Of a DNA stretch of 64,000 nt, positions 39,094 through 55,952 are shown one piece after another (the first letter of the stretch is position 1; the number at the start of each line of letters is the position of its first letter). Origin of the DNA: an uncultured Rhodobacteraceae bacterium (GTDB taxonomy: Bacteria > Pseudomonadota > Alphaproteobacteria > Rhodobacterales > Rhodobacteraceae); the NCBI GenBank assembly GCA_965284435.1, contig OZ260083.1, positions 691,168 to 755,167 on the forward strand. The letters are read 5' to 3'. Position numbers and translations under genes: made by a program. The notes beneath the pieces are model-generated. The model was not told where the DNA came from. It did no database searches and was given only the letters and a program-made list of their open reading frames with translations.

Positions 39094-39895
39094 TGGCGTC
39101 CTCGTTCAAACGGTCGATTTTTGATTTTGCGGCGGGAAGCATCCAGCGCCAGAGTTTCTCGTCAGGTAGGGGCAGCACCATGAACCAGTGTTCCAGCAGG
39201 GCCAGAAGGCACAGGCAGGTGAGCAGGGCATAGCCCACGTCCATTCCGGGTTTGTCCACATTGATGGCGCGTTCCATCATCAAGGCAGAAGCCACTGTCA
39301 GAACAGAGACAGAGACCGGAAAGAACGCGCTGATGCGGCGAATTCGAAAGTGGCTGGCCAAGTGGGCCAAGGGGCGGGGCAAGAACTGCACGTTGATGCG
39401 CGGCACGCCCAAGAACAGGTTCAGCTTGGCCGAAATCCGGGCAAAGAACAGGACGGCGAAGGTGCCAAAAGCGAAGGGATTGGTCGCGTGAAGGGACATC
39501 ACGCCCAGAACAAGCAGCGTCAGGATCAAAAGTGATTCGTGCCACGCAATGGTGCCGACCGCGCGCCAGAACCGGTTTGCCGGCCGGGCAAAGGGCGGGC
39601 AATCTTGGCGGTTGGGGCCCGTGATGATGCCCGATAGAAAGGCCAGTTCGATCCAGCCCCAGATCGCAAGCGCGGCAAAGAATGCGGTGTAGATTCCGCC
39701 CGCGGTCAAATCTGGCAAAGAGATCCAGGCGGCCCAAAAGCCCAAGACCAGCAGCGGTATGCCCGCGATCACCGAATTCAGGTGATCGCCCGGCAAACCA
39801 TTGTCGGCCACACGCACGCGCCACAGGATGATGCCGGTGGAAAACCACCAGACAAACAAGGTCAGCAGCGCGGCGATCCAGGGGCTGTCCATCAT
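39083..39895 (-). CDS. puhE: putative photosynthetic complex assembly protein PuhE
   Basis: ORF 39083..39946 trimmed to [25 protein letters not shown].... Polytopic membrane protein. Position acsF-puhE-hemA as in other PGCs; 11-nt overlap with the hemA start. Confidence 0.85.
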   Translation of the reverse strand: MMDSPWIAALLTLFVWWFSTGIILWRVRVADNGLPGDHLNSVIAGIPLLVLGFWAAWISLPDLTAGGIYTAFFAALAIWGWIELAFLSGIITGPNRQDCPPFARPANRFWRAVGTIAWHESLLILTLLVLGVMSLHATNPFAFGTFAVLFFARISAKLNLFLGVPRINVQFLPRPLAHLASHFRIRRISAFFPVSVSVLTVASALMMERAINVDKPGMDVGYALLTCLCLLALLEHWFMVLPLPDEKLWRWMLPAAKSKIDRLNEDANGL

Positions 39896-39971
39896 GACAG
39901 GGCCCCTGATATCAAAAAGCCGAGAGCCGGGGCGCGCCCGCCCCAAACCCCCGGCTTATGGGTGAAGCGGA

Positions 39972-41078
39972 TCAATACGACGGCTCCAACCGGACGTTGA
40001 CGGGCGGTGTCTGTTTGATCACCGGGATGGTGTACAAGGACACAAAGGCCAGCGCCGCCTTGGCTGCCCCGAGTTTGTGGCTGATAAAGCCGCCAAGGCC
40101 GCCCTTGCGTTTGGCCGCATCCATCTGGCCGAAGGCATCGCGCATCCGGCGCAGGTTCGGCATCCAGCGGGCATGGTCAATGTTCAGTTCCACCGGAAAG
40201 ACCTGACGCGCGATGGTTGAGGTTTTGCGGAACACCTCTTGGTCGTACCATTCGATATCCACGCCAAGGGCATTATGGAATTCGGGGCGGGCATGATCGC
40301 GCACATACATGGTGGAATAGACCGCTGTCAGGAAAAAGCGGATCCAGAGTTTGTTGGCGAAAGAGGTGGTCAGTTTCGGATCGGTGCGCATCAACAAGGC
40401 GAAGGCTTCGCCATGCGAAAATTCGTCATTGCACCATTCACGGAACCACAAGAAGATTGGGTGAAAGCGCATTTCCGGGTTCGCTTCGAGGTGCCGGAAG
40501 ATGGTGATGTAGCGCGCATACCCAATCTTTTCAGATAGATAGGTCGCATAGAAGATGAACTTGGGCCTGAAATAGGTGTATTTCTTGGCCTTGGTCAGAA
40601 AGCCCAGGTTCACCGCAACACCGGCTTCGCGCAGCGCATCGTTGATGAAACCGGCATGGCGCGCTTCGTCGCGCGACATGTAGCTGAACAGTTCGCAGAT
40701 GTCGGGATTGGTGCCGCGGCGTTTCATTTCCTTGTACAGAACGCAGCCCGAAAATTCGGCCGTGCAGGAGGACACCAGAAAGTCGATGAACTCACGCTTC
40801 AGCTTTGGTTCCATCCCGTCCCAGTCTGCTTGCCAAGCCGCGTTCTTTTTGAAGTGGCCCTTGTTGGGGTCAGACTTCATCTGGGCCAAAAGCTTGTCCC
40901 AGTCGGCGCGCACGGGCGTGACGTCGATCTTGTCCATCTCGTCAAAATCGGTGGTGTAAAAGCGCGGGTTCAACAAAGTGGTCTCTGTCGCCATGGCTTG
41001 GGTATCGGGCTTGTCCTGCTCGGCGGCGAGGGCGGCATATTCGGCGTCAAGGGCCTGTGGTGTTGTATTGACGTTCAC
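39972..41078 (-). CDS. acsF: Mg-protoporphyrin IX monomethyl ester oxidative (O2-dependent) cyclase AcsF
   Basis: 368-aa ORF with LLNPRFYTTDFDEMD and di-iron carboxylate motifs (EFSGCVLYKE, DEARHAGF, EFSHGEAF). GTG start at 41078 overlaps the upstream ORF stop (GTGA); an alternative ATG is at 40994. Confidence 0.95.
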   Translation of the reverse strand: MNVNTTPQALDAEYAALAAEQDKPDTQAMATETTLLNPRFYTTDFDEMDKIDVTPVRADWDKLLAQMKSDPNKGHFKKNAAWQADWDGMEPKLKREFIDFLVSSCTAEFSGCVLYKEMKRRGTNPDICELFSYMSRDEARHAGFINDALREAGVAVNLGFLTKAKKYTYFRPKFIFYATYLSEKIGYARYITIFRHLEANPEMRFHPIFLWFREWCNDEFSHGEAFALLMRTDPKLTTSFANKLWIRFFLTAVYSTMYVRDHARPEFHNALGVDIEWYDQEVFRKTSTIARQVFPVELNIDHARWMPNLRRMRDAFGQMDAAKRKGGLGGFISHKLGAAKAALAFVSLYTIPVIKQTPPVNVRLEPSY

Positions 41079-41371
41079 AGTGTCACCTCATCTGAAAAGG
41101 AAAATTCGCACAGTTCCATGAACCCGAAATCGCCGGTGGCGCGGGTCCACAGGCGTTCAAGAACGCTGGCGCGGGTGATGGTGGCCTGACGGTCTTCGAT
41201 GATCAGCTCTCCGTAGGCGGCAAGAATCGGGGCGCCGTGAACCAGCACTTCATCGCCCGGGTAGACTACTGCGCCATTGTTGAAACGGACGTGGGCATGC
41301 AGGCTTTCAAAGCGGTGACTGACCTCGACCGTGCAGGGCACGCTTTCTGCCGTTTTTGTGAAAAGTCCCAT
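41075..41371 (-). CDS. bciE: small conserved PGC protein directly upstream of acsF; probable BciE (auxiliary subunit of the alphaproteobacterial AcsF cyclase)
   Basis: 98-aa soluble-looking ORF (MGLFTKTAESVPCTVEVSHRFESLHAHVRFNNGAVVYPGDEVLVHG...), translationally coupled to acsF. The assignment rests on position only (rsp_6110-like, as I recall the Rba. sphaeroides work). Confidence 0.55.
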   Translation of the reverse strand: MGLFTKTAESVPCTVEVSHRFESLHAHVRFNNGAVVYPGDEVLVHGAPILAAYGELIIEDRQATITRASVLERLWTRATGDFGFMELCEFSFSDEVTL

Positions 41372-41397
41372 GATTTGGTTCCCATTATTGGTTGGTG

Positions 41398-41853
41398 CTA
41401 TTGCGACATGAGCCGTTCGAACGCAGCCCTATTGTCAGTACCGAAGGCGCCAAGTTCGACGCTCCAGCCCGTGTAGTCATCCAGCGCTGTGAGGCGACCG
41501 TTTGCGTATTCCACAATACGCAACGGCAACATTTTATCAACGCCGGCTGTCAACCGCTCACGCTCCATTCCGTTCTGAATGACGGTTATGAAGCCGCCAT
41601 GCGGCAGATCCATCAGCAGCGTACCATCTTCTGCCAAAACGGTCACGGCTTGCGCGCCGCCGCCTTGCAGAATGACGCTGCGTTCGTTCACGATGGCCGC
41701 ATCCATTGGCACGCCTTCGTGGGGACGGTTGGTTATCACGCCATAGCTGACGACGGCGAGGCTGGCCAGAACCAGCGCGAGCATGGCCAAAAGCAGATGC
41801 TTTGGAATCATGTCCTTGTCGTCAGACGGGCGGCTTTGGGTGGTCATGGTCAT
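41398..41853 (-). CDS. puhC: photosynthetic complex assembly protein PuhC
   Basis: 151-aa ORF with one N-terminal TM (PKHLLLAMLALVLASLAVVSYGVI) and a periplasmic domain. Position after puhB. Confidence 0.85.
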   Translation of the reverse strand: MTMTTQSRPSDDKDMIPKHLLLAMLALVLASLAVVSYGVITNRPHEGVPMDAAIVNERSVILQGGGAQAVTVLAEDGTLLMDLPHGGFITVIQNGMERERLTAGVDKMLPLRIVEYANGRLTALDDYTGWSVELGAFGTDNRAAFERLMSQ

Positions 41854-41865
41854 GAGGGCCCCCGA

Positions 41866-42501
41866 TTATTCTGCGGCCAGAACCATGCCAGCATCGGCAC
41901 GGGTCAGCACGGGTTCATTCAGGCGCGTTTCGGCGGCGTCGCCCAAGATTTTGGCCACACGGGCCGCATCGGGGATGCAGCGCAGGGCGGGCTGGGTTTT
42001 GCCCATCCGCCAAGGGCGCACATGGGGCCAGCAAACAAGATAGGACAGGCGCGTGTCGCCCAGGGTTTGCAGCGCGATGGTGCCCGAGCCGGAGCGGCGC
42101 AGATCAAGGCTGGCGCTGCCGATTTGTTTGAAGGGCACGTTCAAGGTCACGGTCAGGGCTGCGCCCACCCGCAGTGCCACGCGCGCGGTGGTGATGGTGT
42201 AGACGGTGCTACGGGCCTGAACCGTGGCAATCAGCAGCAAAATTCCGCAGGCGACGACCCCCATGGCCAGATAGGGCAGCATGATGGCGATGATCATGCC
42301 GATAGACCCATCAGAGACAACAGAAGCCCGCCAGAGGGCCAGAACGACGAAATAACCCGCGACCCAGTTCAGCGCCAGCGCATCGCGCGCAAGCGGCAGG
42401 ATGGCGGGTCTGCCTTGCCACAAAATCTCTTCGCCTCGCGGTGGCTTTGCCGGAAGGCCCGGCAAAGGTTCGGTTGCGAAATCATCGTGATGTTGTGACA
42501 T
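41866..42501 (-). CDS. puhB: photosynthetic complex assembly protein PuhB
   Basis: 211-aa ORF with an N-terminal EILWQGRP motif, TM segments and a bPH-like C-terminus. Position after puhA. Confidence 0.85.
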   Translation of the reverse strand: MSQHHDDFATEPLPGLPAKPPRGEEILWQGRPAILPLARDALALNWVAGYFVVLALWRASVVSDGSIGMIIAIMLPYLAMGVVACGILLLIATVQARSTVYTITTARVALRVGAALTVTLNVPFKQIGSASLDLRRSGSGTIALQTLGDTRLSYLVCWPHVRPWRMGKTQPALRCIPDAARVAKILGDAAETRLNEPVLTRADAGMVLAAE

Positions 42502-42554
42502 GGCAGTTCCCCGTTTTGTTTTTTTTGGCAGTCTAGGTAGAAAGGTCGGTCAGA

Positions 42555-43313
42555 TCAAAAGCCGCTTTTGCGTTTGGCGGCAGCGTACAGGGTGCCGCCT
42601 GCGTAGTAGGCGCTGATCTTGTCTTCTTCGAGCAAGGTCACTTCGGTCATGGATTTTGTGGCTGGAACGCCATCAAACAGATCCGAGGACAGCGAGTTGA
42701 TCCGCACGCGGTCTTGCCAGATTTTGACCATCGGCATCGGAACCAGCCGCTTTGCGCCCGAGTTCAGATCGATCTGAAGGTAGCGCACAAGCTGTTCAGG
42801 CGCATCTACCCACATATCCGAGATGGTTCCCACGACTTCCAGATCGCCTGCCTGAACGGGCAGGCCGCGCGGGTCACGGCCAGCGGAGACCGAGAAGGTA
42901 CCGGAAACGGCCATGGGAACGATCTTGTTGTGGCCGTGACCATCCAGTTCCGGAATGTCGCGGCGCGGGGCCCAAGAGGCCGGACCCACGCCATCCACCA
43001 TCGGATCGCCGGTCGGGGCATGCGGAAAACCTTCAGAGACGGCGGTGCGCGCCAAAGCAACTTCGCGGGCCTCACGCTCATAATTCGGGACGGTCACCGA
43101 CCCACGGCCATGCGGCAGAAGAAAGGTTTTGGGCTTAGGCAGCGGGAAGGGGCCCTGGTTGGGGGCGGGGGCACCATCCTCGGTTTCGAGGGGGTAGCCT
43201 TCGCGCATGTTTTCGGTTTGCAGGTAGTACACAAGAAGGGCAAAAAAGCCCCAGAACAGCCAGATCGCCAGCGAGGCGAGGTCGAAGTTTCCAAAGAATG
43301 TTGTGCCCAGCAT
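42555..43313 (-). CDS. puhA: photosynthetic reaction centre subunit H
   Basis: 252-aa ORF: [37 protein letters not shown]..., canonical RC-H N-terminus, plus a PRC-barrel C-terminal domain. Confidence 0.96.
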   Translation of the reverse strand: MLGTTFFGNFDLASLAIWLFWGFFALLVYYLQTENMREGYPLETEDGAPAPNQGPFPLPKPKTFLLPHGRGSVTVPNYEREAREVALARTAVSEGFPHAPTGDPMVDGVGPASWAPRRDIPELDGHGHNKIVPMAVSGTFSVSAGRDPRGLPVQAGDLEVVGTISDMWVDAPEQLVRYLQIDLNSGAKRLVPMPMVKIWQDRVRINSLSSDLFDGVPATKSMTEVTLLEEDKISAYYAGGTLYAAAKRKSGF

Positions 43314-43327
43314 GTTTTCCTCCGGGT

Positions 43328-44788
43328 TCAGTTAGGGAAGTCCACGAGACCCATTGGGCGTTCGATGGATGTGGCGAGTGGTTTGTAGGGCATGACCCGG
43401 ACCAGAGGGCCGAGTGCGATCATCGTGGCAAAGAGCACGAAAATTTCCAGTTGATAGACAACGGCATAGCCTGCGGCGGGGGTTTGAAACACCTCGCCCC
43501 ATTGACCGGCCATGGCGTAAGACGAGATGACATCGCGCAAGGCGCCGCCAAAGGCGATGGACAGGCCGGCGGCTGTGGCCTGCGCTGCGCCCCAGGCGCC
43601 CAGAACCAAACCGCGGCCCGCCGCGCCCTGTTCCGGCAAGGACATGGCGGCCGTCAGGGTGGAGACCGCGAACAGACCCGCCCCAAGGCCAATGCCCCAA
43701 GCCCCGATAAAGAACATCACCGCTGATTGCAGGGGGGCGGCGAAGATGACCATCAAGAAGGCCGCCACACCCACCAACATTCCGCGGACGGACATGCGGA
43801 ACATGTCTTGTCCCTGCCCCATCCAGCGGCCTGCCAGACCGAAGCCCACCAGCGCGCCGATGGCGTTGCAGGCGGTCAACCATGTGGTCGAACCCACAGA
43901 CAGCCCCAGAATCTCGGCCCCATAGGGTTCCAAAAGCACGTCTTGCATCTGAAAGCCGACGGTTCCCATCACGACAACCAGCAAAAGACGGCCCGCCGTT
44001 CCGCCTGCCATCAGATCGCGCCAGCCTTCGTTGAAGATCGGCGGGGTTTCTTCCATCTGCTCTTTGGTCATGGGCTGCACCTTTTCCTGTTTCCACAGGG
44101 CAATCAGGTTCAACACCATGGTGGCCACACCGCACCCTTGCACAACGCGGACCAGAAGGATCGGGTCATAGCTGCGCAACAGCCAGCCAAGGATGATGGC
44201 GGACACGGCCATGCCAAGCAAGAACATCACATAAAGAAGCGCGACAACACGCGGCCGGGTTTCCGGCGTGGCGCGGTCTGAGGCGAGTGCCAGGCCCGCG
44301 GTTTGCGTCATGTGCATCCCGATGCCCGTCATCAAGAAGGCGATTCCTGCCAAGGCTTTCCCGGCCCATTCCGGCCCATGGATCTGATCGCCTGACAGAA
44401 CGATCAAGGCGAAGGGCATGATGGCCAAACCGCCCATTTGCCACAGGCTGCCGAACCACAGATAGGGGATCCTTTTCCATCCGATCCAGCTGCGGTGGGT
44501 ATCGGATTTATGGCCCAGCATCGCGCGAAACGGTGCCGAGACGACGGGAAGGGCAATCATGATGGCCACAACCGAGGCCGGGACCGAAAGTTCGACGATC
44601 ATCACGCGGTTCAAGGTGCCCAAAAGCAAGACAGTGGCCATACCGACGGAGACCTGAAACAGGCCAAGACGCAACAATTGCGGCAGGGTCAGCCCTTCGC
44701 TTGCGGCGTCAGCAAACGGCATCCAAGAGGCGCTGAGTTGCTTGACGTGTTTGGCCTTGAAGATGATCACGCCCGATACTCCAGACAT
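43328..44788 (-). CDS. lhaA: LhaA, BCD/PucC-family MFS protein (LH1 assembly factor)
   Basis: 486-aa 12-TM ORF with N-terminal [44 protein letters not shown] (PucC/LhaA family signature). Lies between bchM and puhA. ATG 44788 overlaps the bchM 3' end by 22 nt. Confidence 0.88.
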   Translation of the reverse strand: MSGVSGVIIFKAKHVKQLSASWMPFADAASEGLTLPQLLRLGLFQVSVGMATVLLLGTLNRVMIVELSVPASVVAIMIALPVVSAPFRAMLGHKSDTHRSWIGWKRIPYLWFGSLWQMGGLAIMPFALIVLSGDQIHGPEWAGKALAGIAFLMTGIGMHMTQTAGLALASDRATPETRPRVVALLYVMFLLGMAVSAIILGWLLRSYDPILLVRVVQGCGVATMVLNLIALWKQEKVQPMTKEQMEETPPIFNEGWRDLMAGGTAGRLLLVVVMGTVGFQMQDVLLEPYGAEILGLSVGSTTWLTACNAIGALVGFGLAGRWMGQGQDMFRMSVRGMLVGVAAFLMVIFAAPLQSAVMFFIGAWGIGLGAGLFAVSTLTAAMSLPEQGAAGRGLVLGAWGAAQATAAGLSIAFGGALRDVISSYAMAGQWGEVFQTPAAGYAVVYQLEIFVLFATMIALGPLVRVMPYKPLATSIERPMGLVDFPN

Positions 44789-45432
44789 TCAGAAATATAG
44801 AACCCGCGCGACACGCGGCCGGCCTTGGTCACTTTGCCGCCCGTGGATTTTTTCAAGGTGGACAAGGCATGCGGGACCATGATGGGGCTGCGATCCTTGC
44901 GCGGAAAGGCTTTGCCGATGCTCCAGAACGTCATCAGGAACGGGGTGCGCGGGGCCACGGTGAAGACCACCGATTGGGCCGTGCGCGCGGCAAGGCGTTG
45001 CAGGGCTGCCGTGATGTCGGCGGTGCCATAATAGATCAGACTGTCCATGGCCAAGACATAGTCAAAAGCGCCATAATCGGCCGTCATGTCACCCGACGCA
45101 AAGCTGACGCGCGGGGCCAACGCCTCGGGCAGACGTTTTTGCGCGATCTCGATCAGGGCCGGAGAGATATCGACCGCCATCACATCGGCGCCGCGCGCGG
45201 CCAGTTCGGCCGTCATCTGACCGGCACCGCATCCGGCATCCAGCACCCGCGCGCCGCGCAGGTCGGCGGGCAGACGCGACAGCATCAGCGCCCGCATGGA
45301 ATCGCGCCCTTCGCGGACGGTTTGGCGGATGCGGCTGACCGGAGCGTCAGACGTCAGGCGTTCCCAAACCTTGGTGGCGGAGCGATCAAAGTAGTCTTCA
45401 ACGCGGGTCAGGGTTCCGTGATAGTTCGACAT
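44767..45432 (-). CDS. bchM: magnesium protoporphyrin IX methyltransferase
   Basis: 221-aa ORF with SAM motif VLDAGCGAGQM and a typical BchM N-terminus (YFDRSATKVWERLTSDAPVSRIRQTVREGRD). Confidence 0.94.
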   Translation of the reverse strand: MSNYHGTLTRVEDYFDRSATKVWERLTSDAPVSRIRQTVREGRDSMRALMLSRLPADLRGARVLDAGCGAGQMTAELAARGADVMAVDISPALIEIAQKRLPEALAPRVSFASGDMTADYGAFDYVLAMDSLIYYGTADITAALQRLAARTAQSVVFTVAPRTPFLMTFWSIGKAFPRKDRSPIMVPHALSTLKKSTGGKVTKAGRVSRGFYISECLEYRA

Positions 45433-45434
45433 GA

Positions 45435-53279
<7,845 letters not shown>

Positions 53280-53336
53280 CTAGTTGCTCGCAGACGACAT
53301 GTCCTTAAGCAAATCTTACTGGCCCATTCCGGAATA

Positions 53337-53354
53337 TGTCAACTAAAACTTACA
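53337..53354. promoter_or_regulatory. PpsR/CrtJ palindrome upstream of bchF
   Basis: TGTCAACTAAAACTTACA = TGT-N12-ACA, 58 nt upstream of the bchF ATG. Confidence 0.7.
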
Positions 53355-53457
53355 CTCTTTTGGTTGACAGTTGCCGCTTAAATTGCCCAAATCCAGCCCC
53401 TTCCAGAAACCATTTTTGGTAATATTTTGTTTATAATACAGTGTGTTGTACTATTTC

Positions 53458-53491
53458 GTGGGATGAGGTAAGAAGTGGGATGAGGTAAGAA
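53458..53491. repeat. perfect tandem duplication, 2 x 17 bp (GTGGGATGAGGTAAGAA)
   Basis: Read directly: units at 53458-53474 and 53475-53491 are identical. Located in the AT-rich bchF-ppaA intergenic region, 6 nt upstream of a PpsR palindrome. Confidence 0.9.
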
Positions 53492-53497
53492 AAGGTG

Positions 53498-53515
53498 TGT
53501 CAATTTACTTTGACA
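53498..53515. promoter_or_regulatory. PpsR/CrtJ palindrome upstream of ppaA
   Basis: TGTCAATTTACTTTGACA = TGT-N12-ACA, about 100 nt upstream of the ppaA ATG. Contains TTGACA. Confidence 0.7.
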
Positions 53516-53616
53516 TTTTGGCGGCGCTAAGTGAAGTTTAGGGGTATGGACGGCCCCGATCATGCAGAGAAATACCTGCGACGGTTTTGAGGGCCCCCTC
53601 TTGCGGAGCCGGTCAA

Positions 53617-54408
53617 ATGCAAGAAGTTCCTACTTGGGAGAAGTCGAGGTCGGGCGCGATCGATACATCGGGCGTGACCTATTTTGCGTCGCAGGTCGTG
53701 TCACTGCTGGCAGACCGAACCGTGCGCACCATTACCGAACCGCGCGAGTCCGTGATTTCTTCGTTGATTGTGGCGTCCATGTCGGGGACGGAAAATGCCT
53801 TTGCCGCTGTTCTTGCCGAGTTGAAGCAGACACGGACAACCTTGGCAGCCTTGGCAGATATCTATATTCCGATCGTGGCGCGGCGGATGGGCGAGGCATG
53901 GGAAGACGACACGCTGAGTTGGGTGGATGTATCGATCGGGGTGGGGCGGCTTCAGGGCCTGTTGCGCGAGATCGGAGCGGCCTGGGCTGCCGATCAGGCG
54001 GGCGACACGGGCCATGGGACCGTTTTGCTGATCATCCCCGAGCAAGAGCAGCATACCTTGGGCCCGATGGTGGCCATGGGGCAGCTTCGGCGTTACGGAA
54101 TTTCAGTTTGCCTAAGAATAGCACCAAGCCTCGACGAACTGCGCAGTCTTATGGCGACGCGCAGTTTCGATGGGGTCATGATTTCGGTCGCCGTGCAAGA
54201 AAAGCTGCCCTTTGTCGCGAAAACTATACAGTTTCTAAAGAACGTGTCGCCAAAGCCGACCCCTGTGATTGTTGGCGGTGCGGCCCTGTCAAATCTGGAG
54301 GATCCTGCACTTTGTACCGGCGCTGATCTTTCAACGAATGACATCAGCGTTGCGCTTGAGGCCATGGGTCTTAAGTTCGACGCCTTTTGCGTGTTAAAGC
54401 GCGCGTAA
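53617..54408 (+). CDS. ppaA: PpaA/AerR, cobalamin-binding photosynthesis regulator (PpsR antirepressor)
   Basis: ORF 53587..54408 (TTG) trimmed to ATG 53617. The C-terminal half looks like a B12-binding Rossmann domain (VLLIIPEQEQHTLGPMVAMGQLRRYGISV...VMISVA...IVGGAA). Position immediately upstream of ppsR. Confidence 0.85.
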   Translation: MQEVPTWEKSRSGAIDTSGVTYFASQVVSLLADRTVRTITEPRESVISSLIVASMSGTENAFAAVLAELKQTRTTLAALADIYIPIVARRMGEAWEDDTLSWVDVSIGVGRLQGLLREIGAAWAADQAGDTGHGTVLLIIPEQEQHTLGPMVAMGQLRRYGISVCLRIAPSLDELRSLMATRSFDGVMISVAVQEKLPFVAKTIQFLKNVSPKPTPVIVGGAALSNLEDPALCTGADLSTNDISVALEAMGLKFDAFCVLKRA

Positions 54409-54456
54409 CAAACCGCTGTCCCGACGACGGGTGGGTGGCAAGAATGGCAAAAAATA

Positions 54457-55872
54457 GTGAACACTGATTCTCAACATCTGCTATCGAGCATGGCAATGCC
54501 CCTTATTGACCCGGAGCTGCTCTCCGAGATCGTGGCAACGGCATCCGATATCTCTTTGCTGATCACCCCTGAGGGCCGCATTTCCGGATTGACCGTCAAT
54601 CCACACTACCGCTCATTTGGCCACTTGGGCCATTGGGTTGGAAAACACATTTCGGAAATCGTTACAAAAGAATCCTACGAGAAATACCAGCGCCGCGTCA
54701 AGGAATTGCGCAAGCCTGACGTGACATCCCTTCCCTTGGAAGTGAACCATATGGACGAGTCCATTTGGGAATTTCCGATCCGCTATGCGATGCATTCGGT
54801 AGGTGTGGATGACACGGTTCTTATGCTGGGCCGCGACCTGCGCGCGATTGCCGAAATGCAGCAGCAGCTGGTCATGGCGCAGATCGCGTTGGAGCGGGAC
54901 TATGAAACCCAGCGCGAGATGGACACGCGGTACCGTGTGCTGATGGAGGCCACGCGCGACGCTGTGGTTTTGGTGGCCATGAACAATGGCCGGATTGCCG
55001 ACTTGAACGCCTCGGCGGCGGTCATGCTGGGCGGAACGCGGCAAGATCTGATCGGTGCGGCCATCGCGCAAGAGTTCGAAGGCCGCCGGCGCGGAGAGTT
55101 TCTGGAAAGTCTGTCCAACATCGCCTCGGCTGATGCGGTCAGCCCGGTTGACCTGGTGGCACGGCGGTCGCAGCGGCGGTTGCGGGTGATCCCCAAGCTG
55201 TTCCGCGCTGCGGGGGAGCGGTTGATGCTGTGCCGGATCGAAAGCCAGGATCAAGAGGCTGCCGCGCCGCGGGAAACCTCGGACAATTTGCAACGGCTGT
55301 ATCAAGAGGGCGTCGATGGCATCGTCTTTCTGGATGAAGATGGCATTGTCGTTGCGGCCAATGATTCGTTCCTGAAACTGACGGACAGCACGCATCTGTC
55401 GAATGTGCGCGGCCGGACGATGGCGGATTTTCTGGCCCGCGGAACCGTCGACCTGCGCGTGTTGATGGACAACACCAAAAGATCGCGGCAATTGCGGATT
55501 TATGCCACCAAGATCCTGAGCGAATTCAACGGACAAGTCGCCGTCGAGATCAGCGCAACCTATATCAACGACCGGCCGCGCCCGGGGTACGGCCTTGTCA
55601 TTCGGGACGCCAGCCGTACCGAAATGCTGCGCCGACCCGGGTTTTCGGGGGGCGATGAAGGCATGCGTTCGGTGATGGAGCTGGTGGGATCGTCAACCTT
55701 GAAGGACATCGTTTCAGAGACCACGGATGTGGTCGAGAAGATGTGTATTCAAACGGCGGTGGACCTGACGCGCAACAACCGGGTTGCGGCGGCCGAAATG
55801 CTGGGCCTGTCGCGGCAATCCTTGTACGTCAAGCTGCGCAAGTTCGGTTTGCTAAGCAAGGATGACGAATAG
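54457..55872 (+). CDS. ppsR: transcriptional repressor PpsR (CrtJ)
   Basis: 471-aa ORF (GTG start; an alternative ATG is at 54490). PAS repeats and a C-terminal Fis-type HTH NNRVAAAEMLGLSRQSLYVKLRKFGL. Confidence 0.93.
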   Translation: MNTDSQHLLSSMAMPLIDPELLSEIVATASDISLLITPEGRISGLTVNPHYRSFGHLGHWVGKHISEIVTKESYEKYQRRVKELRKPDVTSLPLEVNHMDESIWEFPIRYAMHSVGVDDTVLMLGRDLRAIAEMQQQLVMAQIALERDYETQREMDTRYRVLMEATRDAVVLVAMNNGRIADLNASAAVMLGGTRQDLIGAAIAQEFEGRRRGEFLESLSNIASADAVSPVDLVARRSQRRLRVIPKLFRAAGERLMLCRIESQDQEAAAPRETSDNLQRLYQEGVDGIVFLDEDGIVVAANDSFLKLTDSTHLSNVRGRTMADFLARGTVDLRVLMDNTKRSRQLRIYATKILSEFNGQVAVEISATYINDRPRPGYGLVIRDASRTEMLRRPGFSGGDEGMRSVMELVGSSTLKDIVSETTDVVEKMCIQTAVDLTRNNRVAAAEMLGLSRQSLYVKLRKFGLLSKDDE

Positions 55873-55933
55873 GGCCACGGCCAGCCGCGCCAATATGGTC
55901 GGTCCTGTAATCTGGGCTTGATCGACTCGTCAT

Positions 55934-55951
55934 TGTAATGTTTAGTTTACA
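55934..55951. promoter_or_regulatory. PpsR/CrtJ palindrome immediately upstream of bchG
   Basis: TGTAATGTTTAGTTTACA = TGT-N12-ACA. It ends 1 nt before the preferred bchG ATG (55953). Confidence 0.65.
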
Positions 55952-55952
55952 C

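Noticed and set aside
53458-53491. The tandem 17-mer considered as a CRISPR-like or minisatellite array
   Set aside because: There are only two directly abutting copies with no spacers, so it is not a CRISPR array. It is kept as a simple tandem duplication.
53378-53563. 61-aa minus-strand ORF inside the bchF-ppaA intergenic region
   Set aside because: It spans the tandem repeat and a PpsR site, has no SD and no recognisable motif, and sits in AT-rich regulatory DNA. It is probably non-coding, though this is not proven.
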